Shown here: positions 57,671 to 64,000 of the stretch, piece by piece
How positions within the stretch are numbered: the first letter of the stretch is position 1
How the letters are laid out: every line of letters begins with the position of its first letter
Assembly: GCA_965223795.1 (NCBI GenBank)
Contig: CBDCXL010000002.1
Coordinates: 2,912,001 to 2,976,000 of the forward strand
Source of the DNA: Nitrospinales bacterium
GTDB taxonomy: Bacteria > Nitrospinota > Nitrospinia > Nitrospinales > VA-1
Length of the DNA: 64,000 nt
Direction of reading: 5' to 3'
Translations under genes and position numbers: made by a program
The notes under the pieces: generated by a model
Databases searched by the model: none
Seen by the model: the letters and a program-made list of their open reading frames with translations, nothing else
Told to the model about the DNA's origin: nothing

Positions 57671-57965
57671 TGGAATCCGAACCTTTGTGACCCGCCTTTA
57701 TCTCCAAAACCTCCTTGTCGGATTCATCCGATTCGTTCTGCTGATTCCAGCTGATCTTGATCTCCATTTTGACCTTGCCTTCCTTGCGCTTGGCCCGGAC
57801 GTCGAGTTTCAGCAGTCCATTGGGTTCGAAAATCAGCTTTTTTCTGCGCGTTCCGAAAAGCAGCCGGCCGTTCTTGATGCCTTCGCTGATGGCTTCCATG
57901 TATTTGACGATGGATTCGGGATCCTGAATGGACTGATAGCTGAATTCGTCGTTGGATGAGGCCAC
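57657..57965 (-). CDS. Amphi-Trp domain protein
   Basis: SIQDPESIVKYMEAISEG...KMEIKISW. Confidence 0.8.
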   Translation of the reverse strand: MASSNDEFSYQSIQDPESIVKYMEAISEGIKNGRLLFGTRRKKLIFEPNGLLKLDVRAKRKEGKVKMEIKISWNQQNESDESDKEVLEIKAGHKGSDSNGVQ

Positions 57966-57977
57966 GGTTGATTACCT

Positions 57978-59198
57978 TCAGTTTTGGGTAGGGCTGGGCG
58001 AACCCAACCGCTCCTTGTATTCCTGGATCAGCCGGGAACGGCTCCAGTTGGCGAGGGAAAGGCTTTTCCGGATCGCCAGGTCGTCCCAGGCTGGTTGATA
58101 TCCCACCTGACGGCGGGCCTTTTCGGTTCTTTGCAAATGCGGGGGCTTGACCTTTTCTCCCATGTGGGTGTCGTCGCCCATGAAAATGAGCAGCGGCCGG
58201 TTCTGGTTGCGGCGGTGCCGGTTGTGACGGTTAACCACGTTGATGAGAAATTCGGTGTAGTTTCTGGATTGCGGGTTCCACACTTCGTAACCGTCCACGT
58301 CATACTCCGCCAGCAGGATGGGCCAGAACTGCTCCGGATGCGGGATGATGATGCCGGCTCCCAGAGCGCGCGCTTCCTCGATGATCTCCTCGGTCTGGTG
58401 AAAGTATTCGGGGCTGAAATTTCGTTTGACGATTTTTTTGACCTTCTGAATGAACGACTGGGCCCGGTGGATCAGGCGGTCGTCGTATCGATCCTGAAGT
58501 TTTTCCACGAAATTCGCCAGCAGCTTGTTCTTGACGTGGTAAACCGGAATCCGGTCCGGGTCTGCGAAAAACAGCTTCTGCACCTTGCGGGCGCAGGACT
58601 GCACGAAGTGGATCATCTCGTCTTCGGTTCCCAGTTCATTTGCGGCTTCCTGCAGGCGCGCATCGTAACGCGGGTCGATGATGGAGTCGAGCAGCTCGAA
58701 CAACTGGCTGGAACGGTACTTGAGGGTGTGGTTCAACATCGATTTGAGCGTGTCCGCATGTTCGAGGCGTGAATTCTCCATGTGAATCAAAAGCTGCACC
58801 TTGCGGTTGAATTCCCGCGAGAAGCAGTCCACTTCCACACCGGTGTAGCAGCCGTCGTAGGATTTCAAGATGTTGTGGTCGGTGGGGATGATCAGCTCCC
58901 GTTTCTTGTTGGGGAACATATTCTGCACCCGCTGTTTGACGAGATCGATGGGCACGAACTCGGGATGCCAGTGCATGGCGACCACTTCTTCCTGCTGCGG
59001 GTACACCTCGGCCGGCGTGACGATGTTTTTGACCTGCGATTCGTTGAGCTTGTCCGAGATCAGCTCGTTGAAGGTATTTTGTTCCCATTCCAGGACCTCT
59101 TCAGTGAGAGGCACCGGAGTGTTGAGTTTGCTGTTTTCCGGAAGGGCCGATTCCAGAGTCCTCGCTCTGGCCGGTTTTTGAGAACTTACGTAGGGCAT
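57978..59198 (-). CDS. GAK-associated protein with PHP-like C-terminus
   Basis: MHWHPE, TDHN, PHP, DGYEVWN and GDDTH resemble PHP metal-binding motifs; AGGAG SD. Confidence 0.65.
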   Translation of the reverse strand: MPYVSSQKPARARTLESALPENSKLNTPVPLTEEVLEWEQNTFNELISDKLNESQVKNIVTPAEVYPQQEEVVAMHWHPEFVPIDLVKQRVQNMFPNKKRELIIPTDHNILKSYDGCYTGVEVDCFSREFNRKVQLLIHMENSRLEHADTLKSMLNHTLKYRSSQLFELLDSIIDPRYDARLQEAANELGTEDEMIHFVQSCARKVQKLFFADPDRIPVYHVKNKLLANFVEKLQDRYDDRLIHRAQSFIQKVKKIVKRNFSPEYFHQTEEIIEEARALGAGIIIPHPEQFWPILLAEYDVDGYEVWNPQSRNYTEFLINVVNRHNRHRRNQNRPLLIFMGDDTHMGEKVKPPHLQRTEKARRQVGYQPAWDDLAIRKSLSLANWSRSRLIQEYKERLGSPSPTQN

Positions 59199-59304
59199 GG
59201 GGTCTCCTTAATGGGTGCGGGTATGATGGTTGGTGAACCGCTCCGCTATGCCAAATTCCAACGCTGTTTACGAGGAAGGTTCCTGCGCAAATCACGTTCG
59301 AACA

Positions 59305-59472
59305 ATCATATCTCATCGATTGTTAGAAAAGGATTAGGATCGAATTAGAATTGGCGGCCGCGATCCCTGTGAATGAAATTCAATGTATGCTTTTGGCAAT
59401 AAAAGTAAAGTCTTTGGAAGGGAACAGCCTGATTTACATCAATTTCTAATGAGGACTCAACACGATCACAAT
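59305..59472. promoter_or_regulatory. Divergent promoter with 11-bp-period heptamer boxes (Pho-box-like)
   Basis: - strand: TTCTAAT-N4-TCCTAAT-N4-TTCTAAC (59350-59322), then TATGAT 11 nt later. + strand: TTTACAT 59433, TTCTAAT 59444, ACTCAAC 59455, TCACAAT 59466. Confidence 0.55.
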
Positions 59473-59527
59473 CAATTTTTGGGTTCATGAAAGAGTAAAC
59501 TTTTGTTTATCAAGGAGAACAATTGCC

Positions 59528-61987
59528 ATGACCCCAAAAAAAGCCGATTTGCACCTGCACAGCAAAGCTTCCAACAAAACCCCCCTGTATGCCTTAAGGA
59601 AAATCAATTGCCCGGAAAGTTTCACCACACCGCAATGCATTTATGAAACAGCTAAAAAGCGCGGCATGGACTACGTCACGCTCACCGACCACAACACCAT
59701 CAACGGGGCGCTGGAAATTGCGCACCATGCGGATGTGTTCATCGGCTGCGAGTTCACGGCGAAATTCCCCGAGGTGGACACCAAGATCCATGTGGTGGCT
59801 CTGAATCTCACAGAAAAGATTTATCAGGAGGCCAATCGAATCCGGCGCAACGTCTACGAACTGGTCGAATACTTGAGAGCGCAGAAGATCGTCCATTTCA
59901 TCGCCCACCCTTTTTTCGATCACAAGGGCAACCTGGATCTGGACACCTTTGAAAAAATCCTGCTGCTGTTCAACGTGTTCGAAGAGGTCAACGGCACCAA
60001 AACTCCCAAGCTCAACCAGTTCAACGCCAGGGTGCTGGACGCGGTGACACCGGAGCGGATCGAGCAACTCGCCAATAAGCACGACATCGCCCCTTTCGGA
60101 GAAAAGCCGTGGATCAAGGGGCGTGTGGGCGGTTCCGACGATCACGGCGGGCTTTTCATTGGCAAGACATTCACTTCCGCACCGGCAAACGATTTAAACG
60201 GTTTCCTCGACGCTATCGAAAACCGCAACAGCTGCGCCGGCGGCGATAACGGTGACCATTTGACGCTGGCGCACGCGATCTACAGCATCGGCTATCAATT
60301 TCTGAAGGACAAACTGACACCCGGCAATGGAAAATCGCTTCCCTTCATGAAAACGCTGCTCAACACCACGTTCAATCCGACTCCGGAAAAACTGCGGCCC
60401 TCGGAAAAACTCCGGATCCTGTTCAACAGATGGCTGCCCGAACCGAGCAGCACGGCTTCCGATTTCAGCTTCGAAAATATCCTCAACCGTGAAGCCAAAA
60501 AGATTCTGGACAACCGCGAATTCCAGAATTCCCTTTCTTCACAAGACCTGAACCGCAAGATCTTCACAGTCACCTGCCACCTGGCCAACCGGCTGATGTA
60601 CGTCTACACAGAACGGCTCACCCGCATGCCGGGCCCGCTCAATCTCGTCAGCTCGATCGAGGCTTTGAGCAACCTGGGTCTCGTGCACTTGCTGGTCAGC
60701 CCGTATTTTGTCTCTTTTTACTACAGCCACCGCAACAGCGAACTCATTCGCGATGTGGAACAGTCGCTGCTGGGCATCGCGGAAAAAGACAAGCCGCAGA
60801 AAATCGCTCTGTTCACCGACACGCTGGAAGAGATCAACGGCGTCGCCATCACCATGAAGCGTATGCTGAAATACTCGCGCGAAAACGGGATCGATCTGAC
60901 GATCATCACCGCTTCGAAAGGACCGACCGGCTATAAAGACGGCGTGATGAATTTTCAGTCCACAGGCGATTTCTCGCTGCCGGAATATCCGGAGATTCAG
61001 CAGCACTTCCCGCCCATCCTGGAAGTGATGGATTACATCGAACGGGAAAACTTCACGCGCATCCATGTGAGCACGCCGGGCTCGCTGGGTATACTGGGAC
61101 TGGCGATTTCCAAACTGATGAATTTCCCGCTCACCGGCACCTATCACACGGACATTCCGCAGTACGTGAAAAACCTCACACACGATGCCGGACTGGAGAA
61201 GACAGCGATGAATTACATGATCTGGTTCTACAACCACATGGACGAAGTGACCGTGCCCTCACTGAGCACCCAGCAGCAGCTGATCGACAACGGGCTGGAA
61301 CCGGAGAAGATCAAGCCGCTGCCGCGCTGGGTGGACCACGAAGAATTCACGCCCAAAAAACAGGACGCGCAGTTCTGGAAAACGCTTACTCCCAACGATG
61401 CAGTCAAGTTCCTGTATGTAGGAAGGCTCTCTAAGGAAAAGAACCTGCAGGTTCTGGCAAAATCGTTCAAGCAGATCATCGATTCGGGTGAAGCGGCGAA
61501 CCTGATTCTGGTGGGAGACGGCCCCAACCGGGAAGAGCTGGAGCGGATGCTTGCGGGCACCCCGGCGGTGTTCACAGGGGTGCTCACCGGAGAGAATCTT
61601 TGCAAGGCCTACGCCAGCGCTGACGTGTTCGTCTTTCCCAGCACCACCGACACCTGGGGCAATGTCGTTCTAGAGGCGCAGGCATCAGGATTGCCCGTCA
61701 TCGTGACCGACCAGGGCGGCCCCAGGGAACTGATGGAAAACGGCAAGACCGGCTTCGTGGTGCACGGGGACGACATCGAGGATCTGGCCGGGGCCATGCG
61801 CTTTTACATCAAAAACCCGGCGGAAATCGGCGGCATGGGTTACCACGCCCGCTCGTTCATCCTGAAAAACAAAGTCAGCACCCGCGACACCTACAGCAGC
61901 ATCTTCAACTTCCGCTATGAACTCCGGACGCAGGCGCCCGCCCGCCCCAGCCAGGCGGGCAAGGGAGCGGATCTGCAACCGGCTTGA
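59528..61987 (+). CDS. PHP domain + GT4 glycosyltransferase fusion
   Basis: DLHLHS, TDHN, AHP and GGSDDH in the N-half; YHTD, YVGRLSKEKN and DTWGNVVLEAQASG in the C-half. Confidence 0.9.
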   Translation: MTPKKADLHLHSKASNKTPLYALRKINCPESFTTPQCIYETAKKRGMDYVTLTDHNTINGALEIAHHADVFIGCEFTAKFPEVDTKIHVVALNLTEKIYQEANRIRRNVYELVEYLRAQKIVHFIAHPFFDHKGNLDLDTFEKILLLFNVFEEVNGTKTPKLNQFNARVLDAVTPERIEQLANKHDIAPFGEKPWIKGRVGGSDDHGGLFIGKTFTSAPANDLNGFLDAIENRNSCAGGDNGDHLTLAHAIYSIGYQFLKDKLTPGNGKSLPFMKTLLNTTFNPTPEKLRPSEKLRILFNRWLPEPSSTASDFSFENILNREAKKILDNREFQNSLSSQDLNRKIFTVTCHLANRLMYVYTERLTRMPGPLNLVSSIEALSNLGLVHLLVSPYFVSFYYSHRNSELIRDVEQSLLGIAEKDKPQKIALFTDTLEEINGVAITMKRMLKYSRENGIDLTIITASKGPTGYKDGVMNFQSTGDFSLPEYPEIQQHFPPILEVMDYIERENFTRIHVSTPGSLGILGLAISKLMNFPLTGTYHTDIPQYVKNLTHDAGLEKTAMNYMIWFYNHMDEVTVPSLSTQQQLIDNGLEPEKIKPLPRWVDHEEFTPKKQDAQFWKTLTPNDAVKFLYVGRLSKEKNLQVLAKSFKQIIDSGEAANLILVGDGPNREELERMLAGTPAVFTGVLTGENLCKAYASADVFVFPSTTDTWGNVVLEAQASGLPVIVTDQGGPRELMENGKTGFVVHGDDIEDLAGAMRFYIKNPAEIGGMGYHARSFILKNKVSTRDTYSSIFNFRYELRTQAPARPSQAGKGADLQPA

Positions 61988-62201
61988 CCCCCTCCGGGAA
62001 ACGGACCGTCCCCTCTCGTGATACGGGGACGGTCCGGCTCTGCCAACAGAGTGAATAGAAAAAACTTTCTTTCCTTCCCCTTGAAACTCTAACCAAGCCC
62101 GCATCGGAGCCAATAATGTATTGAAATGCTCCTGCTTCCAGTTGTAAAATTTTTAGCTTTCCCGGGATTCAATTTTTTCCAACTCTCATTAACATAGAAA
62201 A

Positions 62202-63371
62202 ATGAAGCCGCTCTTTCCAACCCGGCTCCGACGGGCCCGCTGGACGCTTGCTTTCTCGATCGCTGTAATTCCCTTGCTGGTAGGGGTTTACGCTTCACCC
62301 ACGCTGGGCAACATCCTGTATTACAACTTCGCCGATCACGACGATCACAAAAAATTTCCTTCTCGGCCGCTGACGGCGAGCCCGGTCCCGTTTCACTTTC
62401 AGGAAGCAAAAGGCAACTGGAAGCCTCCGGCGACCCTCCACTTCCAGTCGGGTGAAACCCAAGGATGGGATGCGCTGCTCGATGCCACCGAAACGCTGGC
62501 GTTCCTGGTGATTCACAAGGACCGCATCCTGTACGAAAACTACCGCAACGGCCACGCACAAAACGCCCACTCCATTTCCTTTTCCATTGCGAAATCGTTC
62601 CTTTCCGCCCTTGTCGGCAAGGCTCTTGAAGACGGGCACATCGTCTCGCTCGATCAGCCGGTGACGGATTACGTGCCGGAATTTGCAGGCCGCGAGCACG
62701 CGGATTTCACCGTCAAGCAGCTGTTGCAGATGACCACGGGAATGGACTACACCGAACGGGCGCTGATCAACAATCCCTTCGGCATGCACGCACGGCTTTA
62801 TTACACGCCTTCTCTGGAGCGGGAAATTTTGTCCCTGAAATTCAAGGAGAAAGCGGGGCAACGGTTCCAGTACAAATCCGGGGAATTCGCGCTGCTCGGG
62901 CTGGTGCTGAGCCGGGCGCTGGGAGACGTGACCATCACCGAGTACCTGCAGGAAACCATCTGGAATCCCATCGGCATGGAATCCCCCGGTCTGGTCAATG
63001 TGGATCGCAAAGATGCCGACGGCATCGAGAAGATGTGGTGCTGCATGGGCGTCACCGCACGCGATCTGGCGAAGTTCGGCAGGCTGTATCTGAACGGCGG
63101 CAGTTGGGAAGGCCGGCAGGTGCTGCCCGGACAGTGGGTGCGCGATTCCACGAAGGTGGACGATCGGGACGGCAGCTCAAAGGAATACCAGTACGGCTGG
63201 TGGATCCTTCCGGAAACAGAGGGGGTCTTTCAGGCCGAGGGCTTGTACGGCCAGTACATCCACGTCAATCCGAAGACCCAGACGCTCATTGTCCGTTTGG
63301 GCAAAAGTCGCGGTCCCATCACCCGCGAACAATGGATCGAGGTGTTCGCCTCCGTTTCAAACTCCCTGTGA
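62202..63371 (+). CDS. Serine hydrolase, beta-lactamase-related family
   Basis: SIAK (SxxK), FQYKS, YQYGWW and AEGLYGQ motifs. Confidence 0.85.
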   Translation: MKPLFPTRLRRARWTLAFSIAVIPLLVGVYASPTLGNILYYNFADHDDHKKFPSRPLTASPVPFHFQEAKGNWKPPATLHFQSGETQGWDALLDATETLAFLVIHKDRILYENYRNGHAQNAHSISFSIAKSFLSALVGKALEDGHIVSLDQPVTDYVPEFAGREHADFTVKQLLQMTTGMDYTERALINNPFGMHARLYYTPSLEREILSLKFKEKAGQRFQYKSGEFALLGLVLSRALGDVTITEYLQETIWNPIGMESPGLVNVDRKDADGIEKMWCCMGVTARDLAKFGRLYLNGGSWEGRQVLPGQWVRDSTKVDDRDGSSKEYQYGWWILPETEGVFQAEGLYGQYIHVNPKTQTLIVRLGKSRGPITREQWIEVFASVSNSL

Positions 63372-63546
63372 TTCCCGTCCCGCTGTGCGGGAGATTGAAT
63401 TGATCGTGGGATTTTTGAGATGGAAGCGGCTCGTCCACGGCATTTCCAGTTAAATCCACCACAGAAAAACCATTCGAGTTTGCAGCTTGCCCAAACGCGG
63501 CCGCATCGTGGCAGGAGTGCGCGGCATGCAGCTTTTGTTGAGAGAG

Positions 63547-63618
63547 TAGCCCCAAGGGGAATCGAACCCCTGTTTCCGGCGTGAGAGGCCGGCGTCCTTA
63601 CCCCTAGACGATGGGGCC
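63547..63618 (-). tRNA. tRNA-Glu (anticodon CTC), CCA not encoded
   Basis: GGCCCCATCGTCTAGGGGTAAGGACGCCGGCCTCTCACGCCGGAAACAGGGGTTCGATTCCCCTTGGGGCTA folds into a cloverleaf with a GTTCGA T-loop. Confidence 0.97.
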
Positions 63619-63668
63619 CTGTCGTGCATTGAGGTTGGCTGTCCGTCAAGGCCGGACGGCGGGCCGTT

Positions 63669-64000
63669 TCAGAATCCGGGTTTGTCCATGATCGGCGGTC
63701 CGCCGCCTTTGGAACGCCGCTCTTTCTTTTTCTCCTCGCGCAGCCGGTGCTCTTCATCCAGGTCCCGCTTGTTGACTTTGGAGATGAGGTACACCATGAG
63801 CGGGTAGGCGGGCAGCGACATGATGCCCCAGGTGGCGAAAAACATGCCCTGCGGCGACATGGGGCTGGTGTCGGAGCCTTCTTTCGCGCCGGTGAACGCG
63901 AGAAACAGCATCAATCCGAACAGCATTCCCAGCAGCGAACAGATGGCGGTTTTGTGCACCACTTCGTTGGGGTACAATCCGGGAAGCACCGGAAACTCCG
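63669..64000 (-). CDS. Hypothetical membrane protein (5' end probably outside the window)
   Basis: Two hydrophobic helices and a charged C-terminus; the frame stays open to the window edge. Confidence 0.6.
   Translation of the reverse strand, partial: EFPVLPGLYPNEVVHKTAICSLLGMLFGLMLFLAFTGAKEGSDTSPMSPQGMFFATWGIMSLPAYPLMVYLISKVNKRDLDEEHRLREEKKKERRSKGGGPPIMDKPGF

Larger units (their letters stand above)
44827..63592. mobile_element. Genomic island (~18.7 kb) integrated at tRNA-Glu; no integrase visible
   Basis: 50-bp direct repeats at both ends, with AT-rich sequence and an orphan ORF next to the distal repeat. Confidence 0.8.

Noticed and set aside
62076..62200. Another Pho-like box upstream of the serine hydrolase
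   Set aside because: There is a single CTCTAAC without in-phase partners, and the nearby repeats have a 10-bp period.
62202..63371. Antibiotic-resistance beta-lactamase
   Set aside because: It has SxxK but YKS and AEG instead of the YxN and KTG motifs, which fits the broad esterase/amidase branch better.

Overview
GC-rich bacterial chromosome segment; the taxon cannot be fixed from sequence alone. From left to right it holds: a partial dienelactone hydrolase, a DUF932 protein, a cytochrome P460-fold protein and two small ORFs; a czcCBA heavy-metal RND operon headed by a His-rich leader ORF ending in RSPP, whose 3' end can base-pair with the czcC ribosome-binding site and start; a ~24 kb cluster of glutamyl/peptide ligases and hydrolases (RimK + retropepsin-like protease + M14 peptidase, two GGTs, an ATP-grasp fused to a degenerate M20 domain, N-formylglutamate amidohydrolase, CP-ATP-grasp/alpha-E/Anbu/transglutaminase, amidoligase) mixed with MscS, MgtE, a cation antiporter and a porin; a cyclic-nucleotide signalling block (cNMP-PAS histidine kinase, CHASE2 cyclase, cNMP-PAS-GGDEF-EAL, FecR protein, TPR-barrel); and an ~18.7 kb island without an integrase, bounded by a 50-bp direct repeat of the tRNA-Glu(CTC) 3' end. 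The island carries an uncharacterised three-gene operon (putative carboxylate-amine ligase fold + PSD-family decarboxylase + divergent Lgt), PMM/PGM, a PhoX-like protein, a GAK system, a PHP-GT4 fusion and a serine hydrolase; several of its promoters have Pho-box-like 11-bp-period repeats. All family calls come from reading motifs by eye, with no database searches.
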